Source of the DNA: an uncultured Fibrobacterales bacterium
GTDB lineage: Bacteria > Fibrobacterota > Fibrobacteria > Fibrobacterales > CAWVXU01
NCBI GenBank assembly: GCA_963934255.1
Contig: CAWVXU010000009.1
Location: forward strand, 1-49,988
DNA: 49,988 nt
Direction of reading: 5' to 3'
Shown here: positions 36,111 through 46,276 of the stretch, piece after piece
Layout of the letters: each line of letters opens with the position of its first letter
Numbering within the stretch: position 1 is the stretch's first letter
Position numbers and translations under genes: made by a program
Notes under the pieces: generated by a model
What the model was told of the DNA's origin: nothing
Seen by the model: only the letters and a program-made list of their open reading frames with translations
Database searches by the model: none

Positions 36111-37078
36111 AAGCGGTTATAAGTGGAGTAGGTATTCATCTACCAGAGTTTCCGACTCTTAATAGTGATTTAGAAAAATTTGTAGATACCAATGATGAGT
36201 GGATTCGCACTCGCACTGGTATTGAGCAGAGATACATCTTTGATCGTGAAGATCAAGAGTTAAAAACTTCTGATATCGCTATTTCCGCAGCTAAAAAGCT
36301 TCTTGATCAAACTGGAGTATCTCCATCTGAAATTGACGGAATCATTATGGGTTCTATGTACCCTGATAAAGTATTTCCTGCAACAGCTTGCGTTGTTCAG
36401 GCCGCACTTGATTGTGATAACGCTTTCGCCTTTGATATAACTGCAGCTTGTGCTTTGTATCCATATGCAGTAAATATTGCATCTCTTATGATAGAATCAG
36501 GTCAAGCCAAAAACATTATAGTGATTGGCGCTGAGCTTTCATCACGAGTAGTTGATTGGTCAGATCGTAATACCTGTGTATTATTTGGTGATGCAGGCTC
36601 TGCGACTCTACTTAGCTCAAGTGATGAACAAACTGAAGACGGTCTTGTTCGAGGTGTTCTCACATCTACTCTTAGGAGTCGTGGTAAAGCACAAGATATC
36701 CTAAACCTTAATAATCTCGGCAGCGGTGATTCATTCATTGAAATGGATGGTCGTCAAGTTTTTAAAATTGCCGTAGTAGAGATGGCTTCAATTGTTGAAG
36801 AATCTCTCGCCAAACTTGGTTTTAAACCAAGTGACTTAGATCTTTTATTGCCTCATCAGGCTAATATTCGAATACTAGATGCTACAGCCAAAAAGCTTGG
36901 CTTGAGCGAAGATCAAGTATTTACAAATGTCCACAAATATGGTAACACGAGTTCAGCGTCTATTCCACTTGCAATCTCTGAAGCACTTCAAGAGGGTCGT
37001 CTGAAAAAAGGTGATCTCGTTGCGACTGTGGGTATAGGTGGTGGTATGACTTGGGGTTGCAATATTATTCGTTGGTAA
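36107..37078 (+). CDS. fabH: 3-oxoacyl-ACP synthase III
   Basis: DTNDEWI.TRTGI; AAC (Cys); LFGDAG; PHQAN (His); GNTSSASIP (Asn); GGGMTWG. Confidence 0.95.
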   Translation: MKAVISGVGIHLPEFPTLNSDLEKFVDTNDEWIRTRTGIEQRYIFDREDQELKTSDIAISAAKKLLDQTGVSPSEIDGIIMGSMYPDKVFPATACVVQAALDCDNAFAFDITAACALYPYAVNIASLMIESGQAKNIIVIGAELSSRVVDWSDRNTCVLFGDAGSATLLSSSDEQTEDGLVRGVLTSTLRSRGKAQDILNLNNLGSGDSFIEMDGRQVFKIAVVEMASIVEESLAKLGFKPSDLDLLLPHQANIRILDATAKKLGLSEDQVFTNVHKYGNTSSASIPLAISEALQEGRLKKGDLVATVGIGGGMTWGCNIIRW

Positions 37079-37102
37079 CCAATCTTAACCCACGGTTTTA
37101 TT

Positions 37103-38032
37103 ATGTCAAAAATTATCGGATTATTTCCTGGCCAAGGCTCTCAAGCTCTTGGTATGGGACAAACTCTAGCAAAAAATTTCTCTCCGGCTCAGGCACTTTT
37201 AAATCAAGCAGATGAGATTCTAGGAATTTCACTTTCAACGATGATGTTTGAAGGCCCTGAATCAGATCTGAAAGCAACGCAAAACACCCAACCAGCGTTA
37301 TTTGTTTGTTCAATGATGGTCAATGAATTTCTGAAATCTGAAGGAATTGTATTTGATTTTGTTGCAGGCCACTCTCTGGGTGAGTATTCAGCAATTTGTG
37401 CGGCAGGCGGACTGTCTTTCGAGGACGGTTTGAAACTAGTCAGGTTACGTGGTGAACTAATGGCTTCAGCTGGAGCCAAAGCACCTGGAGCAATGGCTGC
37501 AATACTTGGGCTTGCAGATGAAGATCTTATACCATTTTTGGAAAAATCACAAGACGCAGGGCCTGTTGTTGCAGCAAACTATAATTGCCCGGGTCAAATA
37601 GTCATCTCAGGAGCCGAGGCAGCGGTCGCTAAAGCCAGCGAATTAATTGCAGCAGAGGGCAAAAGAGTCGTTCAATTACCTGTTTCAGGAGCGTTTCACT
37701 CTCCATTGATGAACTTTGCAGTTGAAGGCCTTAAAGCTGGGATATCAAATACAAAATTTAATGATTTAAATATTCCGCTTATAGCCAATGTAAATGCATC
37801 AGCAGTAACTCAAGCCACCGATATTCAAGGCTTCTTGGTAGATCAACTGACATCTTCTGTACTTTGGACCAAATCAATGGAATATGCGGTTTTACAGGAT
37901 GTTACAGCTGGTGTTGAAGTCGGTTCAGGTAAAGTATTGATGGGCTTAATGCGGAAGATTTCCCGTGCAGTAAAAGTCATTCCTGCCGAAGACCCTGCTT
38001 CTATAGAAAAAGTAAAAGGTCTTTTGCTTTAA
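37103..38032 (+). CDS. fabD: Malonyl-CoA:ACP transacylase
   Basis: FPGQGSQ, TQPAL, GHSLGEY, ANYNCPGQ.VISG and VSGAFHSPLM motifs. Confidence 0.97.
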   Translation: MSKIIGLFPGQGSQALGMGQTLAKNFSPAQALLNQADEILGISLSTMMFEGPESDLKATQNTQPALFVCSMMVNEFLKSEGIVFDFVAGHSLGEYSAICAAGGLSFEDGLKLVRLRGELMASAGAKAPGAMAAILGLADEDLIPFLEKSQDAGPVVAANYNCPGQIVISGAEAAVAKASELIAAEGKRVVQLPVSGAFHSPLMNFAVEGLKAGISNTKFNDLNIPLIANVNASAVTQATDIQGFLVDQLTSSVLWTKSMEYAVLQDVTAGVEVGSGKVLMGLMRKISRAVKVIPAEDPASIEKVKGLLL

Positions 38033-38093
38033 TTCACAACAAATTATTTTATGTTCAGATCACATGAGTTGATCAAATTTATAGGAAATCATT

Positions 38094-38831
38094 ATGACAA
38101 AAAAAGTGGTAATTATTACAGGTGGTTCACGTGGTATCGGAAGGTCTATAGTTGATAAATTTGCATCAAAAGGCTACCGTGTTGCGATAGTTGCAACTCG
38201 ACTTGAAGGAGTAGAGCCTGTTGCAACCGAAGTAGCTGCTAAATTCAACACAGAAGCGAAAGGTTACGCAGTAAATGTGGCAAATACCCAAGCCGTAGCC
38301 GATTTTATCAAGCAAGTTCAGGAAGATTTTGGACAAATTGATGTTGTTGTAAATAATGCAGGTATTACTAAAGACACCTTGTTAATGCGTATGAAAGAAG
38401 AAGATTGGGATTCAGTTATTGATGTTAACTTGAAGTCAGTATTTAACATGTGTAAAGCAGTTGCTCGTCAAATGCTTAAACAAAAATCAGGTCGGATTAT
38501 TAACATGTCATCGATTAATGGCATTGTGGCTCAAGCGGGTCAAGCTAATTATGCTGCGTCTAAGGCTGGTATTATTGGGATAACTAAGTCAATGGCTAAG
38601 GAATTTGCCGCAAAAGGCATCACTGTAAATGCAATCGCTCCAGGTTTTATTCAAACTGATATGACTGAAGCTATGGGTGATGATGCTAAAAAAGCAATCC
38701 TTGCTCACATCCCAATGTCATGTATGGGAAAACCTGAAGATATCGCAAATGCAGCAGTATTTTTAGCTTCTGAGGATGCTAGTTATATTACAGGACAAGT
38801 TTTAAGTGTAGATGGCGGAATGAACGCATAA
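38094..38831 (+). CDS. fabG: 3-oxoacyl-ACP reductase
   Basis: TGGSRGIG, NNAGITKD, YAASKAG, APGFI.TDMT and YITGQVL.VDGG motifs; operon context. Confidence 0.96.
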   Translation: MTKKVVIITGGSRGIGRSIVDKFASKGYRVAIVATRLEGVEPVATEVAAKFNTEAKGYAVNVANTQAVADFIKQVQEDFGQIDVVVNNAGITKDTLLMRMKEEDWDSVIDVNLKSVFNMCKAVARQMLKQKSGRIINMSSINGIVAQAGQANYAASKAGIIGITKSMAKEFAAKGITVNAIAPGFIQTDMTEAMGDDAKKAILAHIPMSCMGKPEDIANAAVFLASEDASYITGQVLSVDGGMNA

Positions 38832-38894
38832 TACTACCCAACTTAAGTTTATTTATTTATATTTTGTTTAATATTATAAAGAGGAATTATTACA

Positions 38895-39131
38895 ATGTCT
38901 GATGATTTAACAGCAAAAGTAACAGCAGTTATCGTAGAGAAGCTTGGTGTAAAAGAAGAACAAGTAAAACCTGAAGCAGCATTCGTAGATGATCTAGGCG
39001 CTGACTCTCTTGATCAAGTTGAGCTAGTAATGGCACTTGAAGATGAGTTCGACCTTGAGATTCCTGACGAAGACGCTCAGACCCTAAACACGGTATCTGC
39101 TGTAATGGAGTATGTTGCTTCTAAGAAGTAA
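38895..39131 (+). CDS. acpP: Acyl carrier protein
   Basis: [19 protein letters not shown]. Confidence 0.97.
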   Translation: MSDDLTAKVTAVIVEKLGVKEEQVKPEAAFVDDLGADSLDQVELVMALEDEFDLEIPDEDAQTLNTVSAVMEYVASKK

Positions 39132-39166
39132 TCGCTCATTACAAAATTTATTGTATGTAAATATTT

Positions 39167-39199
39167 AAGGCAATTGGTTTACCAATTGCCTTTTATTTT
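39167..39199 (+). terminator. Rho-independent terminator after acpP
   Basis: AAGGCAATTGG-TTTA-CCAATTGCCTT followed by TTATTTT. Confidence 0.85.
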
Positions 39200-39288
39200 A
39201 TCCAAATATGTATTTTCAGTATCTAAACTTTATTTATAAATCCACTAAATACCCCTAGTCTTACTCGAACCATTTTGAATAGAACAAT

Positions 39289-40041
39289 ATGAGACATAAA
39301 CTAACAGAGATTTTTAATTCACAAGAAATTAAATCTAGACTAAAGAGCCTTTCCAATGACCTAGAAATGGAATTGAGTGAAGTTATTTATCTTCAGGCAT
39401 TAACCCATCGGTCTTTTATATTTGGTGATGCATCAGAAGCTGTAGAAGATAATGAACGGTTAGAATTTATTGGTGACGGAGTTGCAAATATGATTGTGGG
39501 CGCGAAGCTCTATAAGCTTTACCCTAAATGGGATGAAGGTGAGTTAAGCCAAGCTAAGTCAATTCTCGTTAGTGAAGAAGTCTTTAGTCAATCTGCCCAT
39601 AAAATGAATCTTGTGCCTCATATTATTATGAGTGAGAGCGAAGAGCAAAGTGGAGCGAGAGAGCGTAGTAATGTTTCTGAAGATGCCTTTGAGGCATTTA
39701 TCGGTGCGATTTTTATCACCCAAGGACTTCAAGCTTGTGAAAAAATATTTGAAAGATTTCACTTTCCTAATATTGATGAAAATTTAGCGAATCCCTTGTT
39801 ACTGAATGGAAAAAGTCTTTTAATGGAGTTATGTCAAAAGAATAAATGGCCTATACCTGAATACATTCAGATAAATGAAACTGGTTTAGAACACGAAAAA
39901 GAATTTACCTTTCAAGTACAAATTGGAAATAAAGTTTTAGCAGTGGGAAGTGGTTTGTCAAAAAAGTCCGTTCAAAAGAAAATTGCATTAAATGCTTATT
40001 TTCAAATTATGGAAAATAAAGAATTTAAGGTTGAAGAGTGA
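39289..40041 (+). CDS. rnc: Ribonuclease III
   Basis: ALTHRS, NERLEFIGD, EGELS and DAFEAFIGA motifs; C-terminal dsRBD (K..L.E..Q...P.Y...G.SKK). Confidence 0.93.
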   Translation: MRHKLTEIFNSQEIKSRLKSLSNDLEMELSEVIYLQALTHRSFIFGDASEAVEDNERLEFIGDGVANMIVGAKLYKLYPKWDEGELSQAKSILVSEEVFSQSAHKMNLVPHIIMSESEEQSGARERSNVSEDAFEAFIGAIFITQGLQACEKIFERFHFPNIDENLANPLLLNGKSLLMELCQKNKWPIPEYIQINETGLEHEKEFTFQVQIGNKVLAVGSGLSKKSVQKKIALNAYFQIMENKEFKVEE

Positions 40042-40850
40042 TGATGTGGAGAGTGATTTCAGATAAAACACCACTGAGTGGTGCTGAAAATATGGCCCGC
40101 GATGAAGCTATTTTTAAGATGGTCGAAGAAGGTATTTCCCCTCCGACAATTAGGTTATACCGTTGGAAACCGAGCTGTATTTCATTGGGGAAGCACCAAG
40201 AAATAGAGAAGGAGTTAAACCTCAGTTCAGTTCGATCCCAAAATATTGATATAGTTAAGCGCTATACTGGAGGACGAGCAGTTCTTCATTCGAATGAGGT
40301 GACTTATAGCGTCATGGCTAAAAATGATGTTGCAGCTTGGTCAACTAAACTCCAAGAGACTTATACTGAAATATCAAGTTGGTTGGTTCAATCAATGAGT
40401 AGTTTAAGTGACGAATTAACACTTGAAAAAGGTGAGCTTGTTGTTAAAACTCCTAGAAGTGAAGTGGCTCCAGCTTGTTTTGCAAGTACAGCCAAATCTG
40501 AGATAGTATTTTCCGGGAAAAAACTTGTGGGATCTGCACAGCGAAGAACTAGAAGTGCCTTTTTGCAACATGGCTCAATATTAGTGGGACCAGAACATTT
40601 GGAGATTGCAAAATTACTAAAACTAGGAGAAGAGTCTGTTAGTGAGTACCAAGCTAATTTGAAAAACAATTCATGTTCGTTTCAAGAATTTGGAATTGAT
40701 ATTTATTCTGAGGAATTACAGAATATTCTCAACCAAGGATTTCTCAAGTTGTTTGGTTTAGATGAGAATGCAACGTATTTAGATGAAGAAATTGTATTGA
40801 CGGAAAAATTGAAAATAAAACACGAATTATTTTCAGAAGGATTAAAATGA
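40038..40850 (+). CDS. Lipoate-protein ligase family protein, LipM-like octanoyltransferase
   Basis: NMARDE, RLYRW, RYTGGRAVLH, ACF, KLVGSAQRR and LQHGS motifs; no LplA C-terminal domain. Confidence 0.8.
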   Translation: MMMWRVISDKTPLSGAENMARDEAIFKMVEEGISPPTIRLYRWKPSCISLGKHQEIEKELNLSSVRSQNIDIVKRYTGGRAVLHSNEVTYSVMAKNDVAAWSTKLQETYTEISSWLVQSMSSLSDELTLEKGELVVKTPRSEVAPACFASTAKSEIVFSGKKLVGSAQRRTRSAFLQHGSILVGPEHLEIAKLLKLGEESVSEYQANLKNNSCSFQEFGIDIYSEELQNILNQGFLKLFGLDENATYLDEEIVLTEKLKIKHELFSEGLK

Positions 40851-42625
40851 AATATTATTTAAGCTTATTAATGTTACTTATGTTAAGTGCTTGTAACGAG
40901 CCAACTCCTAAAGATAATGCTACGAGTATCAACGTTAAAAAAATATTGGTGCCACTAAAAGATCGAATGGGGACTGTTGACCCTCTGGCAGATAGCACTG
41001 CAACATTTGGAGGCAAATTAAACTTATGGGGTGGACCTTCGCCCAAGTCTCTTAATTTTTGGTTAGAACCTTCATCAAGCGCAGCAACTGTGAGCAGCCT
41101 TATGTTTGAAGAGTTAGTGAGTCTTCATAGTTCAGAAGATAAGCCTGTTGGTGTTCTGGCTAAGTCTTGGGTGATTTCAGAGGATGGAAAAACCTTTACG
41201 TTTAAATTAAATCCTTTAGCAAGATGGAGTGATGGTAAACAAATCTTAGCTGAGGATATTCAGTTTTATTACGACGTTATTATGAATAAAAAAAACCTAA
41301 CTACAGCTCATCGGGTTTCACTTTCAAGGTTTAAACGACCCAAAATAATTGACTCTTTAACTATTGAGTTCTTTTCAAACAAAGTTCATTGGAAAAACTT
41401 CTGGACGGCAGCTGGTTCGTCAGCATTCCCAAAACACATTTGGGGTGATGTTGATTTTAATAAGCAAAATTTTGAGTTCCCCGTTGTAAGTGGACCCTAT
41501 ATTATTTCAAAATTGAAGAAGAATCGCTCAGTGGAGTTAACGCGTCGATTAGATTGGTGGGGAGATAGCTTGGCTTATAATTATGGTAAGTTTAACTTTA
41601 ATAAGCTGCGTTATAAATATATGGAAGACCGAGTTAAAACATTAGAGGCTTTCAAAAAAGGAGACCTTGATGTCTACCCAATATACACCGCTTCAATATG
41701 GATGAAACAGACAAATTTTGATGCAGTCGAGATGGGATGGGTGAATAGAGAACGGATTTATAATAAACGACCTATTGGTGGCCAAGGTTTTGCGATGAAT
41801 TTACGTAAAGCACCTTATAGTGACCCCAAAGTCAGAGAAGCGTTAACTCTTTTACTTGACCGGAAGACTATTAATGATAAGCTAATGTATAACCAATACT
41901 TTATGCTCAATAGTTATTTCCCTGATTTGTATGAGAAGAATCAAAATCCAAATATTCCTATGGATCAATATGATACCGATAAAGCTAGAGCTCTATTAAA
42001 AGAAGCAGGTTGGCTTGTAGATAGCAAAGGAAAACTCAAAAAGAATTCAAAAAATTTGGTAATTAAATTCATGACTTCTATGGCTGACACAAGGCACCTA
42101 GAGATATATGCAAGTTCACTTAAATCGGTAGGGATTATTCCTAAAATAGAAAAGCTCAATAATCCCACAATATTAAAAAACCTAGATAACCTGAACTTTG
42201 ACATGTATTGGCGTGCTTGGGGTGCTGGAAGATTAAGAGATCCTGAACCTACATGGAGCTCTAAAACTGCAAATGAAAAAGCGACCCTGAACCTTCCTGG
42301 TTTTCAAAACACTCAAGTTGATTCTTTGATTGAAATTCAAAAAGTTGAATTTGACCTTTCCAAAAGAAATACTTATTTAATCGAAATGGATGAAATCCTA
42401 TTTAAGGAACGTCCAAATGTCCTTCTATGGAATAACGATCACCATAGATTATTGTCTTGGAATAAATATTCAAGACCCACTGCTCCACTTGGGATGTATG
42501 GAAATCCTGATGATGTAGTGACCTATTGGTATTTAGACAAAGCCAAAGAACAACAGCTGAAAAAAGCCAAAAAGGAGAATAAGAAACTCGAAGCTTTCCC
42601 TTCTCATACTTATTGGAAACAATAA
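40847..42625 (+). CDS. ABC transporter substrate-binding lipoprotein, family 5 (YejA-like)
   Basis: Lipobox LSAC; LAKSW.IS.DG..F.F.L...ARWSDG, SGPY, G.FNF..L.Y and D.KVREAL motifs. Confidence 0.9.
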   Translation: MKYYLSLLMLLMLSACNEPTPKDNATSINVKKILVPLKDRMGTVDPLADSTATFGGKLNLWGGPSPKSLNFWLEPSSSAATVSSLMFEELVSLHSSEDKPVGVLAKSWVISEDGKTFTFKLNPLARWSDGKQILAEDIQFYYDVIMNKKNLTTAHRVSLSRFKRPKIIDSLTIEFFSNKVHWKNFWTAAGSSAFPKHIWGDVDFNKQNFEFPVVSGPYIISKLKKNRSVELTRRLDWWGDSLAYNYGKFNFNKLRYKYMEDRVKTLEAFKKGDLDVYPIYTASIWMKQTNFDAVEMGWVNRERIYNKRPIGGQGFAMNLRKAPYSDPKVREALTLLLDRKTINDKLMYNQYFMLNSYFPDLYEKNQNPNIPMDQYDTDKARALLKEAGWLVDSKGKLKKNSKNLVIKFMTSMADTRHLEIYASSLKSVGIIPKIEKLNNPTILKNLDNLNFDMYWRAWGAGRLRDPEPTWSSKTANEKATLNLPGFQNTQVDSLIEIQKVEFDLSKRNTYLIEMDEILFKERPNVLLWNNDHHRLLSWNKYSRPTAPLGMYGNPDDVVTYWYLDKAKEQQLKKAKKENKKLEAFPSHTYWKQ

Positions 42626-42632
42626 AACCCAA

Positions 42633-43640
42633 ATGCTTATATATCTACTCAGACGCTTTGTATTGATGATACCTACGATTATTGGTATCACTGTTGTTTG
42701 CTTTACAATCACTCAATTGGTCCCTGGCGGACCTGTTGAACAATACATATCAAAGATAAGAATGGCATCCGCGGAACAAGGGGGTGAGGCAAAAGAATTG
42801 AGTCAAGAAGAAGTTGAAAATATTCGTGAGTATTTTGGCTATGATAAACCGCCGGTACAAAGATATTTTATTTGGGTATCAAAAATACTGACTCTAGATT
42901 TAGGTCATAGCTATAGTTATGAGGAACCTGTTTGGGATGTTATTAAAGATCGGTTCCCAATTTCAATTTTCTTTGGATTAACCTCATTACTATTGAGTTA
43001 TCTTATTTGTATTCCACTTGGGGTATGGAAGGCAGTCAAAAATGGTTCGTATTTTGACATTATGAGCTCGGTCACTATTTTCATTGGGTATGTGGTCCCT
43101 GGCTACGCTTTAGGAATTTTACTCATTGTTTTTTTCGCAGGTGGAAATTACTTGGATTGGTTTCCACTTGGCGGAATGATGTCTGATAATTTTGACGAGC
43201 TTGGACGTGTAGATCAATTTTTTGATTTTCTACACCATATGGTTTTGCCCATGAGTTGTTATATGATAGGTGAATTTGCAGTTCTCACTTTACTTATGAA
43301 AAATTCATTGTTAGAAGAGATATCAAAAGACTATGTCCGAACAGCTCAAATGAAAGGTAGCTCAAAAATCAGAGCAATTTTTAAGCATAGCTTGAGAAAT
43401 GCCTTTATTCCAATAGCCACTCGGTTGTCTGAAATATTTGGAATTTTCTTTGCTGGTGCTTTATTGATTGAAAAGGTTTTTGATATTGATGGAATGGGTC
43501 TTCTTTATTTTAATGCTATGGAGAGTAGGGACTACAACTTAGTTATGGCAATAATCTTGATGACAAGTATTCTTGGTTTAATTGGTCGTTTGTTTTCAGA
43601 CTTACTTTATGTTTGGATTGACCCAAGGATTAAACTATGA
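42633..43640 (+). CDS. ABC permease, YejB-like
   Basis: QLVPGGPVEQ, GYDKP, LDLG.S, KNSLLEEI.KDYVRTA..KG and YVWIDPRI motifs. Confidence 0.9.
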   Translation: MLIYLLRRFVLMIPTIIGITVVCFTITQLVPGGPVEQYISKIRMASAEQGGEAKELSQEEVENIREYFGYDKPPVQRYFIWVSKILTLDLGHSYSYEEPVWDVIKDRFPISIFFGLTSLLLSYLICIPLGVWKAVKNGSYFDIMSSVTIFIGYVVPGYALGILLIVFFAGGNYLDWFPLGGMMSDNFDELGRVDQFFDFLHHMVLPMSCYMIGEFAVLTLLMKNSLLEEISKDYVRTAQMKGSSKIRAIFKHSLRNAFIPIATRLSEIFGIFFAGALLIEKVFDIDGMGLLYFNAMESRDYNLVMAIILMTSILGLIGRLFSDLLYVWIDPRIKL

Positions 43641-44686
43641 TCCAAATTTCATCTATTACACGCGAGCGATGGTATCGATTCAAAAGTATTAAACGTTCTT
43701 ACTATTCTCTATGGATGTTGTCTCTTGCTTTCGTTCTCAGTCTGTTTGCAGAGTTTTGGGCTGGCGATAAACCCATTTTAATGAAGTTTGATGGGGAATA
43801 CTATTTTCCGATAATATCTTTTTATTCTGATATTGAATTTGGAGGCTCTTTTAAGACCGAAGCCAATTATCTAGACCTCAAGAAAAGAATTACAACGTCA
43901 CCAATTTTAGGCGAAATACCTGATAATTCAAATTGGATGATTCTTCCAATTATTCCACATGACCCTCTTACGAGTTATTTAGATCTCGAAGAAAACCCTC
44001 CACATGCTCCTTCATTCGTTCATTATTTAGGCACTGATTCTGCTGCTCGGGATGTGTTATCAAGACTTATACATGGTTTTAGAATATGTATGTTATTTTC
44101 ACTTGTTATCACGACCTTAGGTGTCTTACTTGGAATCGTGATAGGTGGTATTCAAGGGTACATTGGTGGCAAGACAGATTTATTCATGCAACGTGGTATA
44201 GAGGTTTGGAGTCAACTTCCTTTCCTTTATGTGATTATTTTGATTGCTGAAATATATGGCAGAGGTTTTTGGTTATTAGTCTTTATTATGTGCTTATTCC
44301 AATGGATTGGCCTATCCTATTATATGCGTGGTGAATTTCTTAAACTAAAACAAACAACTTACGTCAAATCCGCCAAAGCGCTTGGTCTATCTAGTCGGCA
44401 TATATTCTTTCGAGAAATATTACCCAATGCTTTAACGCCACTAATTACCCTTGTACCCTTCAGTCTTATTGGTGGCATATCTCTTTTAACCTCATTGGAC
44501 TTTTTGGGATTTGGCCTTCAACCTCCAACTCCTTCGTGGGGTGAATTGTTAAATCAAGGTTGGAAACATCTTTACGCTCCTTGGATTACCCTTTCCACTC
44601 TAGGAGCATTATCAATTACGCTATTGCTAACAACGTTTATTGGCGAAGGTGTGAGAGAAGCTTTTGACCCTCGAGGTAAAAAATAA
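43637..44686 (+). CDS. ABC permease, YejE-like
   Basis: LGTD..ARDVL.RL, GGIQGY.GG, YMRGEFL, TSLDFLGFGL..PTPSWGELL and FIGEGVREAFDPR motifs. Confidence 0.9.
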   Translation: MIQISSITRERWYRFKSIKRSYYSLWMLSLAFVLSLFAEFWAGDKPILMKFDGEYYFPIISFYSDIEFGGSFKTEANYLDLKKRITTSPILGEIPDNSNWMILPIIPHDPLTSYLDLEENPPHAPSFVHYLGTDSAARDVLSRLIHGFRICMLFSLVITTLGVLLGIVIGGIQGYIGGKTDLFMQRGIEVWSQLPFLYVIILIAEIYGRGFWLLVFIMCLFQWIGLSYYMRGEFLKLKQTTYVKSAKALGLSSRHIFFREILPNALTPLITLVPFSLIGGISLLTSLDFLGFGLQPPTPSWGELLNQGWKHLYAPWITLSTLGALSITLLLTTFIGEGVREAFDPRGKK

Positions 44687-45459
44687 TGAGTCTTTTAAAA
44701 GTAAAATCATTATCAATTGGCTTAACTAACCAATCAGAAACTTTGACAAACAATGTTAATTTTGAAATAGAGCTCGGCGAAATATTTGCCTTAGTTGGTG
44801 AATCGGGGTCCGGTAAGAGCATTAGTGCATTGGCGTGTTGTGGACTCTACCCAGAGCCCAATGGATTTTTAAAAAGTGGTGAAATTATTTTTGAAGAAAA
44901 GGATTTATCAAAGAATTCAGAAAAAGATTGGCAGCATATTCGAGGAAATGAAATATCAATGATTTCTCAAGAACCTGGTTCAGCCCTCAATCCTTTAATG
45001 ACTATCAAAAAACAGATGTTAGAGTATTTCGATTTACATGAATCTCTACACAAAGAACCGCTTCAAAGAATTTCTTGGTGCTTAACTCGAGTGGGACTTG
45101 AAAGTGATGTGATATTAAATAATTTCCCTCATGAGCTCAGTGGAGGGATGCAGCAGCGTGTCATGATTGCGATGTCTCTTTTACTTGAACCAAAATTGCT
45201 TATTGCTGATGAACCCACTACGGCCTTAGATGTAACCATCCAAGCTCAAATTATGGATTTGTTATTAGAGCTTCAAAAAGAATTTAATATGAGTATTCTT
45301 TTTATTACTCATAATTTAGCATTGGTGGCTCAGTATTGTGATCGTCTAGCTATAATGCAAAATGGTGAAATTGTTGAAACGGGTGATGTAGAATTGGTGA
45401 TTCAAAAGCCTCAGTCTGATTATGGTAAAAAACTATTGTCGGCAATACCGAGGTTTTAA
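44686..45459 (+). CDS. ABC transporter ATP-binding protein (DppD/OppD-like)
   Basis: [28 protein letters not shown] and ITHN motifs. Confidence 0.93.
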   Translation: MSLLKVKSLSIGLTNQSETLTNNVNFEIELGEIFALVGESGSGKSISALACCGLYPEPNGFLKSGEIIFEEKDLSKNSEKDWQHIRGNEISMISQEPGSALNPLMTIKKQMLEYFDLHESLHKEPLQRISWCLTRVGLESDVILNNFPHELSGGMQQRVMIAMSLLLEPKLLIADEPTTALDVTIQAQIMDLLLELQKEFNMSILFITHNLALVAQYCDRLAIMQNGEIVETGDVELVIQKPQSDYGKKLLSAIPRF

Positions 45460-45460
45460 T

Positions 45461-46276
45461 ATGAATAAAATTGAAGTAAAAGATTTAAAAGTACACTTCC
45501 CAGTGCGAAGTGGCTTTTGGGGCAAGGCTACAAGTTTTGTAAAAGCAGTCGATGGAGTGAGTTTTTCTGTACCCAAAGGAAGCATTTATTCTTTAGTGGG
45601 TGAGTCCGGCAGTGGTAAATCAACAATTGGAAATGCCATACTTGGGTTGATTCCAAAGACATCCGGTCAAATAATATGGGATGGTGCTGATGTAATGGCC
45701 TCAGGTTATAAGATACCACTAGGACAAAGACGTCTTTTTCAAATGATATATCAGGACTCTCACTCATCATTAAATCCTCGATGTACGATTTTCGAAATAT
45801 TATCCCGTCCGATGATTTTCCACAACATTTGTACATATAAATCAGCCAAGGACCGAGTGGTAGAGCTTTTGGAACAGGTGCACCTAGATCCTGATATGAT
45901 GAAACGGTTTCCACATGAGTTTTCTGGCGGCCAAAGACAAAGAATCAATATTGCCAGGACATTGGCGGTAGAGCCGGAGTTTATTGTTTGTGATGAAATC
46001 GTTTCGGCTTTAGATGTTTCAATCCAAGCTGAAATTCTTTATCTCATGCAAAATATTCAGAAAGAAAAAAATTTAACCCTGTTATTCATTGGCCATGACT
46101 TAGCGGTTGTAAAGAACATCAGTGATTATATTGGGGTGATGTACCAAGGTCAAATGGAAGAATTTGGAACTCCTGAAGAAATTTTTAAAAACACTAAAAG
46201 TGACTATACCAAAAAACTAATTAGTTGTGTTCCGAGTTTAGATCTTGAAAATCGAAAGCGAAAGTTAAAACAGTGA
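45461..46276 (+). CDS. ABC transporter ATP-binding protein (DppF/OppF-like)
   Basis: [29 protein letters not shown] and CDEIVSALD motifs. Start moved from 45422 to the ATG at 45461 after GAGG. Confidence 0.93.
   Translation: MNKIEVKDLKVHFPVRSGFWGKATSFVKAVDGVSFSVPKGSIYSLVGESGSGKSTIGNAILGLIPKTSGQIIWDGADVMASGYKIPLGQRRLFQMIYQDSHSSLNPRCTIFEILSRPMIFHNICTYKSAKDRVVELLEQVHLDPDMMKRFPHEFSGGQRQRINIARTLAVEPEFIVCDEIVSALDVSIQAEILYLMQNIQKEKNLTLLFIGHDLAVVKNISDYIGVMYQGQMEEFGTPEEIFKNTKSDYTKKLISCVPSLDLENRKRKLKQ

Noticed and set aside
40861..40888. dif-like site (AAGCTTATTAA TGTTAC TTATGTTAAGT)
   Set aside because: The XerD-like arm matches but the XerC arm is poor, and the site lies within signal-peptide Leu/Met codons that explain the sequence.
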